DNA of 64,000 nt from the NCBI GenBank assembly GCA_965223155.1, contig CBDCVR010000015.1, forward strand, positions 256,001 through 320,000, in the 5' to 3' direction. The notes under the pieces were generated by a model. The model had not been told where the DNA came from. It made no database searches and saw only the letters and a program-made list of their open reading frames with translations. A program made the translations under genes and the position numbers. Positions 8,772 through 16,680 of this stretch are shown piece by piece (within the stretch, counting starts at the first letter, position 1; each line of letters starts with the position of its first letter). Origin of the DNA: Candidatus Multivoradales bacterium (GTDB lineage: Bacteria > Acidobacteriota > Thermoanaerobaculia > Multivoradales > JAHEKO01).

Positions 8772-10054
8772 GTGATGTTCCTCATGTCGATCAAGGTCCG
8801 GATCTGCCGGCGGCGGTATCGCCGCTCCGCCTGACTGTTGAGGCGATCCGAGGAGGTATAGGCATGGTCCTCGATCGCGGTCAAGACCGGCGCCTGGTAC
8901 TTGACGTCAGGAGCCGAGGTGCGAGCCAGGGTAGTCACCCGCAGGTAGTAGAGCCGGGTCGATCGGGGGCCAGAGGTCGGCACCGGCGTCACCGAGTTCC
9001 AACCGGCCTGGGTGTCGTTGTCGCCCGAGTGGTTGTAGAGCCACTCGTCGTCCGCGGCCGGCGTCGTGCCTTCGATGTCGCCGTCGTTATCGACATCAAG
9101 CCCCATGGCGACCTGGAGGTCCACCATGTTGTCGGCGATGTCGTTCTGCCAGTTGAGGATGTCGTTCCGGTACGGCATGTCGGAGCCCGGAAAGACGCGC
9201 GCCATGGAAAAGTGCGGGATGAACTCGGAGCTGGTGTCTCCGGCAACGGCGAAGTCCTCGCGGATATAAAAGCGGTACTCCTCGAGGATGCCCAGAAACG
9301 CCACTGAGGTCAGGGCCGCCGGGAAAGCGCCGTTCGGCGACAGTCGCAGGTAGTCGGCGCTGTTGGCGCCGTTGGTCAAGAAGTTCAGCAACACCGTGTT
9401 GTTGTTGCTGAAGCTCGAACAGTCCACGTTCGACCGCGAGGTGGCCGGATCCAGCTGGACGACCGCGTAGATGGCGTCGTCCAGGGGACTCACCAGGACC
9501 AGCGCTTCCGGATGGTCGTCGGTGTCGCAGATGGCGTCCAGAATCGGAGCCAGGTCGTGGCGGACCCCGGTGGGACTCTGGTTGGCGATGGTCACCGTGC
9601 CACCGGTCGCGGTGCGAGTGAAGTTGGTCGCTTCCAGGTGGTTGATCTGGTAGAGCGAGCTTGTGAAGACGCCCCGGATGGTCAGAATGTCGGTTCCTTC
9701 GACCACCATCGGACCGACTCCATCGGTGATGCCAATCTGCGTATTCTGGGCGACGTTGTTTTCCACTTCCACGGCGAGGCCCCGGGGCACTGCCTTGTTG
9801 GGCACGGCGCGTAACGGAATCGGTCCACGGCCAGCCATTCGGATAAGGCGCGCCAGATCGTATTGGCCGGCCCGCAACGCCTGCTGCATGCCGGTGATCT
9901 CGGTCTGAGCCCGTGCGAACTTGGAGCTGAAGTCGAAGGTCGTGAGGATGCCGAGAAGAATGACCGAGAACAGCCCCAAACCAACCAGCATCTCGACCAG
10001 GGTGAAGCCGCGCCAACGCTGATCGGAACGGCGACGATGACGAACCGCCCGCAT
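8768..10054 (-). CDS. pilW: Minor pilin PilW-like
   Basis: RG|FTLVEMLVGL prepilin site, MQQALR..DL.R.IRMAG, IADNMVDLQV. ATGA overlap with pilX. Confidence 0.85.
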   Translation of the reverse strand: MRAVRHRRRSDQRWRGFTLVEMLVGLGLFSVILLGILTTFDFSSKFARAQTEITGMQQALRAGQYDLARLIRMAGRGPIPLRAVPNKAVPRGLAVEVENNVAQNTQIGITDGVGPMVVEGTDILTIRGVFTSSLYQINHLEATNFTRTATGGTVTIANQSPTGVRHDLAPILDAICDTDDHPEALVLVSPLDDAIYAVVQLDPATSRSNVDCSSFSNNNTVLLNFLTNGANSADYLRLSPNGAFPAALTSVAFLGILEEYRFYIREDFAVAGDTSSEFIPHFSMARVFPGSDMPYRNDILNWQNDIADNMVDLQVAMGLDVDNDGDIEGTTPAADDEWLYNHSGDNDTQAGWNSVTPVPTSGPRSTRLYYLRVTTLARTSAPDVKYQAPVLTAIEDHAYTSSDRLNSQAERRYRRRQIRTLIDMRNIT

Positions 10055-10612
10055 CTACTTGGCCTTCAACATGCGCAAAACGATGTCGCGCGGCGGACCC
10101 ATCACGCTCCCCCGCTGATCTTCAATCTCGACGAGGATCTCCTTGAGGTGCACCTGGTCCGGATCGACGCTGCCGCTGTCTGCGGCGGTGGCCAGAAAAT
10201 CGACGGTGTTGGCGTCGGTGTCGAGCGCGTTGATGTTGTACTGGCGCACTGTGATCGTTCGCTCGTAGGGAGGGGCTTCTCCCGCGGGAATGGGCAGGTC
10301 CTTCCACTGATGCTCGGATTCCGACCAGTACTGAGGCCCCAGAACCAGCTCCGTCTGTCCGGCGGGAATGGTCAGATCGACATTGGAAAAGTCGAGCTGG
10401 AACATCTCCTCGGCTCCCGAGATGCCGTGCTTGCTGACCTTGGAGTACGAGAGACCGCCCGAGTTATTGATCATCGAACGGATGTAGACCGGAAGGATAC
10501 CGAGCACTACGACGATGAAGAGGCCGGAGGCGACCAGCAACTCGACTAGAGAAAATCCGCCGCGGCGGCGGAGCCTGCGACCGAGACGTCCCACCGTCAG
10601 TACCAGATCCAC
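10055..10612 (-). CDS. pilV: Minor pilin PilV-like
   Basis: RRGG|FSLVELLVASGLF prepilin site and canonical operon position. Confidence 0.8.
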   Translation of the reverse strand: MDLVLTVGRLGRRLRRRGGFSLVELLVASGLFIVVVLGILPVYIRSMINNSGGLSYSKVSKHGISGAEEMFQLDFSNVDLTIPAGQTELVLGPQYWSESEHQWKDLPIPAGEAPPYERTITVRQYNINALDTDANTVDFLATAADSGSVDPDQVHLKEILVEIEDQRGSVMGPPRDIVLRMLKAK

Positions 10613-11139
10613 TTGACGCCTCCTTGCCCGTGTTCCTCGAAGGAGTCACCGTCCCACTTTCGGGTCCGAAGCCGGCCGGTGCCGGGCGGATCCAGCACGA
10701 CCTCGAGGAAATTGCCGCGCTCGTCGCCGAGCCGGAAGGCGCCACGCTCGATGGCGGCCCCGGTGGGGGTGAAAATGGCCTCGTCGGTCAGGCCGAAACC
10801 GTCCACCACGGTCTGTCCCGCCGGAGCTCGAAAGTCCACTCCCGGGGTGGTGCGCACATCGTAGGCGTATTCTCGAGCCGGCGTAGTCGCGATCGAGACC
10901 TCCAGCCGATCGCCGTTGATTGCCACCCGAGCTTCGCGGCTGTAGCGGATGGCATCCAGCCGCGCCCGCTGCAGAAGCGCTGTGGTCTGACGGGCCGCGC
11001 TCAGCATGCGCGAGCGCGGGATCTGCCGCTGAAAGGTCGGAAAGACCAGTGCCGCGACGATCGCCATGATGCCCATGACGATCAGAAGCTCGATGAGGGT
11101 AAACCCCTTGCCGGACCGATGTTTCCGTTGCGCGGTCAT
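10597..11139 (-). CDS. fimT: Minor pilin FimT/FimU (GspH-like)
   Basis: KG|FTLIELLIVMGIMAIV, LQRARLDAI and IFTPTG. Start taken at MTAQRK. Confidence 0.85.
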   Translation of the reverse strand: MTAQRKHRSGKGFTLIELLIVMGIMAIVAALVFPTFQRQIPRSRMLSAARQTTALLQRARLDAIRYSREARVAINGDRLEVSIATTPAREYAYDVRTTPGVDFRAPAGQTVVDGFGLTDEAIFTPTGAAIERGAFRLGDERGNFLEVVLDPPGTGRLRTRKWDGDSFEEHGQGGVKWIWY

Positions 11140-11292
11140 TACAATGGCGCCGGGCGACAAGCCCAGTCCTTGCCATTGTCTCTCAAGACCGGATTTCGAG
11201 AGTGTGACGCGCTCCACAGCCCGCCGGAAAACTCGGGTGATACAAGACACCCGCCGCCAGGCCCCAAGGCCTGCGCGGCCGCTGGCGGCCTC

Positions 11293-11577
11293 CTAGCGCG
11301 CTCTTGACCCGGTGCGCTCGACCGCGTCCACGATCCCGACCACCACCGCCCGCACCGGCGCGTCGTCCCGACCCAGCACCTGCCGCGCCGAGTTGCCTTC
11401 ATCCAGAACCAGGACATCTTCGCCGGTCCCGGCGCCAACCCAATCGATCGCGATCAGATAGTCGCCGGTGGTCCGGCCGCGATCGTCGATGAGATCGCAC
11501 AAGAGAAGCTTGCGGCCGCGATACGCGGGCGAAGCGATGGTCGACACCACCGTCCCTCGCACTCGGCCGAGTTTCAT
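11293..11577 (-). CDS. BMC-P vertex protein (EutN/CcmL family)
   Basis: MKLGRVRGTVVST...KLLL...IAIDWVGAGTGEDVL...SAR...VVGIVD. Confidence 0.95.
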   Translation of the reverse strand: MKLGRVRGTVVSTIASPAYRGRKLLLCDLIDDRGRTTGDYLIAIDWVGAGTGEDVLVLDEGNSARQVLGRDDAPVRAVVVGIVDAVERTGSRAR

Positions 11578-11876
11578 GGCGCCGGCTCCGAACTACCGGT
11601 GGAGTCCAACTCGCCGTCGACCCGGTCGACGAGGCCGACGATCGCGTCGTCCACAGGGACGAAGGGCTCGGGAAGAGCCAGGGAGGCTTCCCGGCTGGAT
11701 ACGAAGTACACGAGGTCGCCGACGCCGGCCATGGCCACGGCATCGGCGGCAACCACCGCCGCGCCGCTGGGGCGCAAGTCGCGGTCCAGAGGCTGGATGA
11801 CTAGGAGCTTGACGCCCTCGAGCCCGGCCACTTTGGTGGTCGAGACCACGGTACCCAGCACCCGCGCCAGCTTCAC
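11574..11876 (-). CDS. BMC-P vertex protein (EutN/CcmL family)
   Basis: MKLARVLGTVVSTTK...GVKLLVIQP...VAADAV..AGVGDLV...PVDDAIVGLVD. Confidence 0.95.
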   Translation of the reverse strand: MKLARVLGTVVSTTKVAGLEGVKLLVIQPLDRDLRPSGAAVVAADAVAMAGVGDLVYFVSSREASLALPEPFVPVDDAIVGLVDRVDGELDSTGSSEPAP

Positions 11877-12469
11877 GCCGTCCCTCCCGACGAAGACAAC
11901 CTCGCCAGAAAAGTCGGCTGTGCTGCCAGATTCGCATGCATCTCCTCGTGGAGCTGCGCAATCACCCGCGATGCCACCACCACATCACGGCCGGCCAAGC
12001 GACCCACGCCGAGGTCTACGGCGGCCTCCACTGCCGAGACCTCTCCACCTAGGAGCACGTAGCCCTTGCCGCCCAGGCCGTCCGCCATCCGGATCTCCAG
12101 CAGCCGAACAAGCGCTCCCTTGACCGCCGCGTCAGCGGCTTCGATCGCGGCGGCCACGGTCCGCGTCTCGAGGATGCCCAGCGCATTGTCCTGGCTCCAG
12201 CGCCGGCCGCCGCGCAGGGCTTCGACGACCTGGGAGTCCACATCGGCCAAGAAAACGCGGTCGCGCTCGAACCCGGCGGCAACTGCTGCGCCCGCGTCTC
12301 GGGCCTCTTCCACGTCGCCAACCTCGCCGCCTGCCAGAACCAGGTAGCGGCCGGGGTGGATGGTGCCGGCCAGCAGCGTTGCCAGCGGCGCCCGCTTGGC
12401 CATGGCGTCGCCGGCCTCGATGCCGACCGCGATCGAGTCGAACTCCAGCAGCAGAATCGCCGGACGCAT
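11873..12469 (-). CDS. BMC-T tandem-domain shell protein (PduT-like)
   Basis: Two BMC domains: LEFDSIAVGIEAGDAMAK..HPGRYLVL..GEVGDV and LGILET..AAIEAADAAVK..GLGGKGYV..GEVSAVEAAV. Confidence 0.92.
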   Translation of the reverse strand: MRPAILLLEFDSIAVGIEAGDAMAKRAPLATLLAGTIHPGRYLVLAGGEVGDVEEARDAGAAVAAGFERDRVFLADVDSQVVEALRGGRRWSQDNALGILETRTVAAAIEAADAAVKGALVRLLEIRMADGLGGKGYVLLGGEVSAVEAAVDLGVGRLAGRDVVVASRVIAQLHEEMHANLAAQPTFLARLSSSGGTA

Positions 12470-12473
12470 CGGA

Positions 12474-13919
12474 TCAGACGATCCGCAGTGCCCCGACGAC
12501 CGTCAGGCGACGGATGCGGGTAAAGGTCTTTGGCTTCGTCAGCCCCTCACCGGTGGGGGTCGCGATCGAAAACGAGGTGAAGTCCTCGCCGCCCTCACCC
12601 AGCCCGGCGACGTTGGGAGCGTTGGCGACGAAGATCGACGTCTTCATCGCCCGCGCCATGCGGGTGATGTTGTCCACGTCGTTCGAGAAGATCGATGCCG
12701 TATGGCGATAGCCGTGCTCCGCTCGCACCGAAAGGTCGATCCCCTCGTCCACGTTGCGGACCCGCACAACCGGCATCACCGGCATCATCTGCTCGGTCCA
12801 GACCAGGCTGTGCTCGGCGGGCACCTCGGCCACGATCAACCGTACCCGGTCGTCGGCGGCGATGCCGATCTCCTGCAGGATTCGTCCGGCGTTCTGGCCG
12901 ATCCACTTGCGCTCGATCCGGCCGGGCCGGCGCGGTGGACCCAGCTCGCGAAAGATCACCCGCTCGAGCTGGCGCACCTGATGCTCCTTCAGGACCACGG
13001 CCGGACAGCGCTCGAAGGCCCGCAGCAGCTCGTCGGCCCGCGACCGGACGACGAAGGTCTCCTTCTCGTCGACGCACACCATGTTGTTGTCGAAGGACGC
13101 CCCCCGGGTGATCTCGCGCGCGGCCTGTTGGATGTCGGCAGATTCGTCGACGACCACGGGCGGGTTCCCCGGGCCGGCGGTGATGGCCTTCTTGTTGGTC
13201 TTCAACGCCTCCCGCACCACCGCCGGGCCGCCGGTGACCAGCAGAACCCTCACGCCCTCATGAGACATCAGGGCCTGCGCGGATTCGATCGTCGGCTCCG
13301 AGATGGCGCAGATCAGATCCCCGGGACCGCCGGCCTCGACGATGGCCCGATTTAGCCGGCGGACGTTTTCCACCGAAACGCCGCGAGCCGCGGGGTGGAC
13401 GTTGAAGACGACCGCGTTGCCGGCCGAAACCGTGGCAATGGCGTTGTTGATGATGGTCGAAGTCGGGTTGGTCGTCGGCGTAATGGCGGCGATCACCCCC
13501 CATGGCGCGAACTCGGTCACGGTCATGCCCCGGTCGCCGCTGACCGCAATCGGGGTCAGGTCTTCCGGACCCGGCGTCTTGCGGGTGACCAGGAGGTTCT
13601 TCTTCTCCTTGTCGTCCGCCCGGCCGAGGCCGGTCTCGTCCCGAGCCAGTCTCCCCAGCTCCGCCGCATCGCGCTCCATCGCGGCGCGCATGGCGTCGAC
13701 AGTCCGAAAGCGGGCGTCGAGACCGCCCTCCGAGAACGCCTCGAAACCGCGCTGAGCGGCGGCTACCGCCTCATCGACGGTCTCGTAGATCCCCTCCGCG
13801 CCGCGCCGGACACTCCGTTTCGGGGCACCTTCGTCGCCGGGGCCGGTCTCGCCCCGGGCAAATCGCGATCGTACGCGCGCGACGACGTCGTGGATGTCTT
13901 GCCGATCGAGCTCAGTCAT
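12474..13919 (-). CDS. eutE: CoA-acylating aldehyde dehydrogenase (EutE/PduP family)
   Basis: [47 protein letters not shown] (catalytic Cys) and [10 protein letters not shown]. Confidence 0.95.
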   Translation of the reverse strand: MTELDRQDIHDVVARVRSRFARGETGPGDEGAPKRSVRRGAEGIYETVDEAVAAAQRGFEAFSEGGLDARFRTVDAMRAAMERDAAELGRLARDETGLGRADDKEKKNLLVTRKTPGPEDLTPIAVSGDRGMTVTEFAPWGVIAAITPTTNPTSTIINNAIATVSAGNAVVFNVHPAARGVSVENVRRLNRAIVEAGGPGDLICAISEPTIESAQALMSHEGVRVLLVTGGPAVVREALKTNKKAITAGPGNPPVVVDESADIQQAAREITRGASFDNNMVCVDEKETFVVRSRADELLRAFERCPAVVLKEHQVRQLERVIFRELGPPRRPGRIERKWIGQNAGRILQEIGIAADDRVRLIVAEVPAEHSLVWTEQMMPVMPVVRVRNVDEGIDLSVRAEHGYRHTASIFSNDVDNITRMARAMKTSIFVANAPNVAGLGEGGEDFTSFSIATPTGEGLTKPKTFTRIRRLTVVGALRIV

Positions 13920-14212
13920 TCGGCGGCTTTGGAGTACACCTCGCGGCCGCCGGCATCCCAGCTGTCCACGATCGCCATGACGACCGCGTCGCAGGGCCGA
14001 TCACGAGTCGCGGTCGTCTGCCGGGCGGCGCTGCCGGTCGCGTAGAGCACGGTCTCACCCACGCCCGCGCCGACGGCATCGACCGCCACCACCGTCCCTG
14101 ACAACTCCTTGCCGCGCTCGTCCAGCGGCTTGACCACCAGGAACTTGAAGCCCTCCATGGACGGCTCCTTGCGACTGGCGACAACCGTCCCCTGCACTTT
14201 GCCCAGCAGCAT
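13916..14212 (-). CDS. BMC-P vertex protein (EutN/CcmL family)
   Basis: [15 protein letters not shown]...[20 protein letters not shown]...DAVVMAIVD. Confidence 0.95.
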   Translation of the reverse strand: MLLGKVQGTVVASRKEPSMEGFKFLVVKPLDERGKELSGTVVAVDAVGAGVGETVLYATGSAARQTTATRDRPCDAVVMAIVDSWDAGGREVYSKAAE

Positions 14213-14230
14213 GCGGCCTGGCCCGTGTCC

Positions 14231-14533
14231 TTAGCGCTTGCCCTTTGTCGCCGGCTTCTGCCGGCCCAGCGGCAAGGCCTCATCGATGTTGGCGTGCGGA
14301 CGCGCGATGACGTGGGTCGAGATCACCTCTCCAACCTTCTCCGCCCCGCGCACTCCGGCCTCGACCGCGGCCTTGACCGCGGCGACATCGCCCCGGATGA
14401 CGGCGGTCACGTAACCGCCGCCGGTCTTCTCGTAGCTAACGAGCTCGACCTTGGCGGCCTTGACCATCGCGTCGGAGGCTTCGACCATCGCGGTGAAACC
14501 CCGCGTCTCGATCATTCCCAGTGCTTCTGCCAT
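14231..14533 (-). CDS. BMC-H hexameric shell protein (EutM/PduA-like)
   Basis: ALGMIETRG...[11 protein letters not shown]...GGGYVT...[10 protein letters not shown]...HVIARPH. Confidence 0.97.
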   Translation of the reverse strand: MAEALGMIETRGFTAMVEASDAMVKAAKVELVSYEKTGGGYVTAVIRGDVAAVKAAVEAGVRGAEKVGEVISTHVIARPHANIDEALPLGRQKPATKGKR

Positions 14534-14588
14534 CGATTCGTTCCTTTCTCCTAGTGGAGCTTCTTATCGTTGGTACCGTCTCCGAGCC

Positions 14589-15218
14589 CTATTTCTTGAG
14601 TGTGCGACCGTCCACGCCCTCGAGCGCGGCCACCGCCGCTTGCCAACCGACATCGATGTCGCGCTCCTCGCCGCCCAGATACACCCGTCCCATCGAGCCG
14701 AACGAGCGCACCTCGAGGACGTTGATGTCGGCGGCCTTTTCCGCCTCGTTGGCGGCTAGCGCGGCGTAGGCGGCGGGCTCGACCTCCAGCACATACAAGG
14801 TCTGCTGGGGAATAAGCATGTGCCCGTGCCGCATCCGGTTGATGAGCTGGGCCTGGTGATCGTCCACCCGCCGGATGACCTGACTCGAGTGGATCTTGGG
14901 CTTGACCCGGTCCGAGACCGCAAGGCCGATCTCACCCAGGATGGCCTCGCCGGCGGCCCGTGTCTCCGCTTGCGAGGCGGAGTGGATCTCAAGCAAGCCG
15001 TAGTAGCGCTCGACGATCTGCATGCCGGGACGGACCCGGTTCGATTTCAAGGCGACATCGGTCAGCCGGTTGATCTCGATGCCAGGCGAGATCTCCACGA
15101 ACAGCGAGGCATCGCCTGCCAGCGGCAGGAATCCCTGAGCCACGGTGCCCAGAAACGCCGTGTACTGAGGCTGCAGGCTGTCCAAGAATACATAGGACCT
15201 GAGATCAATAGTTCCCAC
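14589..15218 (-). CDS. BMC-T permuted, double-stacking shell protein (CsoS1D/CcmP-like)
   Basis: [41 protein letters not shown] and [18 protein letters not shown]. Confidence 0.92.
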   Translation of the reverse strand: MGTIDLRSYVFLDSLQPQYTAFLGTVAQGFLPLAGDASLFVEISPGIEINRLTDVALKSNRVRPGMQIVERYYGLLEIHSASQAETRAAGEAILGEIGLAVSDRVKPKIHSSQVIRRVDDHQAQLINRMRHGHMLIPQQTLYVLEVEPAAYAALAANEAEKAADINVLEVRSFGSMGRVYLGGEERDIDVGWQAAVAALEGVDGRTLKK

Positions 15219-16071
15219 TGGCTACCGCCTCCTTACCGGTCACGATCGCGATTCCGGCCGAAGCCCCGATCCGGGTCGCGCCGGCGGCGATCATCTCCTG
15301 AGCGTCGGCGGCGTTCTTGATGCCGCCCGACGCCTTGATTCCCATCGCCCCGCCCACTGCTTCTCGCATCAGCGCAACGTCGAAGATCGTCGCCCCGCCA
15401 TGGCCGAAGCCGGTCGAGGTCTTGACGAAGTCCGCCCGCGCCCGCTGCGCCAGGCGGCACGCCACGACCTTCTCCTCGTCGCTGAGCAAGCCGGTCTCCA
15501 GAATCACCTTGCACACTGCGCCGACCTCGCGGCAGGCGTCGACCACCTTGGCGATGTCGCGCTCGACCAGGTCGCGTTCCCCGGCCTTCAGCGCTCCGAT
15601 GTTGAGCACCATGTCGATCTCGCGCGCGCCGTCGCGCAGAGCTCGGCGTGCTTCTAGCGCCTTGACCTCGGCGGCGTTCGCCCCCAGTGGGAAACCCACG
15701 ACCGAGGCCACGCGCACCTTGGTTCCGCGGAGCCGCTGCGTGCAGCGCTTGACCCAGACCGGATTGACGCACACGGCGGCGAAGTGGTGGTCGCGAGCCT
15801 CGTCGCAGAGCCGGTCGATCTCGTCCGGGGTGACGTCCGGCCCCAGCTTGGTGTGGTCGATGTAGCCCGCCAGGTCCGCGGGTACGTCGGCGCCGTTGCC
15901 GTTGTAGGCGATCCGAGCGGCTCCTTCCTCGACCATGACCCGGACCTTGTCCGAGCAGTGGGAAGCGCAGCTACCGCAGCAGTCGGCGCAGGCGCCGTCG
16001 CCGTCGCCCCCTTCGAGCTCGGCCAGTACCTGCCGGGTGATCGCCTCGATGAGATCGTCTCGCGTCGTCAT
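15205..16071 (-). CDS. deoC: Deoxyribose-phosphate aldolase with N-terminal extension
   Basis: [37 protein letters not shown] (Schiff-base Lys), IKASGGI and GATRIGAS. Confidence 0.96.
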   Translation of the reverse strand: MTTRDDLIEAITRQVLAELEGGDGDGACADCCGSCASHCSDKVRVMVEEGAARIAYNGNGADVPADLAGYIDHTKLGPDVTPDEIDRLCDEARDHHFAAVCVNPVWVKRCTQRLRGTKVRVASVVGFPLGANAAEVKALEARRALRDGAREIDMVLNIGALKAGERDLVERDIAKVVDACREVGAVCKVILETGLLSDEEKVVACRLAQRARADFVKTSTGFGHGGATIFDVALMREAVGGAMGIKASGGIKNAADAQEMIAAGATRIGASAGIAIVTGKEAVASGNY

Positions 16072-16100
16072 TCGTGTCTCGCTGGCACCTTCTCGCCTCG

Positions 16101-16676
16101 CTAGCGGCGCTCCCGGTCCAGAGCGTCAATCTTAGCGACTCTGCGGGCGTGGCGTCCTGGCCCCCAGGAAGTTGCCAGCCACTCGTCCACGATCTGGACC
16201 GCAAGGTGTCCACCGACAAGTCCTGCGCCCAGCGTAAGGACGTTGGCGTGATTATGCTCCCTGCTGTTGCGGGCCGACGAGAGGTCGTAGCAAAGAGCCG
16301 CTCGCACGCCCGCAATCTTGTTCGCCGCCATGCTCGAGCCGATGCCGGCGCCGTCGACGACGATGCCGGCCCAACAGGAGCCCGAGGCCACCTCCTCGGC
16401 CACCGCCTGGGCAAAGTCGGGATAGTCGACGGCCTCGGTTCCGGAGGTACCGCAGTCGACGACGTCCCAGCCCCGGTCGCGCAGGTGGCTGACGATCGAT
16501 TCCTTGAGCCGGTAGCCGCCGTGATCCGCGCCGACCGCGACCCGACGTCCGGCGCCGGCGGCCTGCGAAGCGGAGGTAGAGGCGGACGTCCTGCCTGGGG
16601 CGTCGCCACCGGCGCCGGGCATGGCTTCGTCCAGAAGCTTCGTGACGAGCTCGCGGACCTTGTCTTCGCTCGCCAT
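16101..16676 (-). CDS. rpiB: RpiB/LacAB-family sugar-phosphate isomerase with N-terminal extension
   Basis: GADHGGY.LK, VDYPDFA, G.GIG.SMAANK, REHNHANVL and RHARRV. Start taken at MASEDK. Confidence 0.92.
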   Translation of the reverse strand: MASEDKVRELVTKLLDEAMPGAGGDAPGRTSASTSASQAAGAGRRVAVGADHGGYRLKESIVSHLRDRGWDVVDCGTSGTEAVDYPDFAQAVAEEVASGSCWAGIVVDGAGIGSSMAANKIAGVRAALCYDLSSARNSREHNHANVLTLGAGLVGGHLAVQIVDEWLATSWGPGRHARRVAKIDALDRERR

Positions 16677-16680
16677 CTCG

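Noticed and set aside
11161-11176. Sigma-54 promoter before fimT (TGGCAAG-N4-GGGC)
   Set aside because: GG-N10-GC spacing fits, but the conserved TT before GC is absent. Too weak to call.
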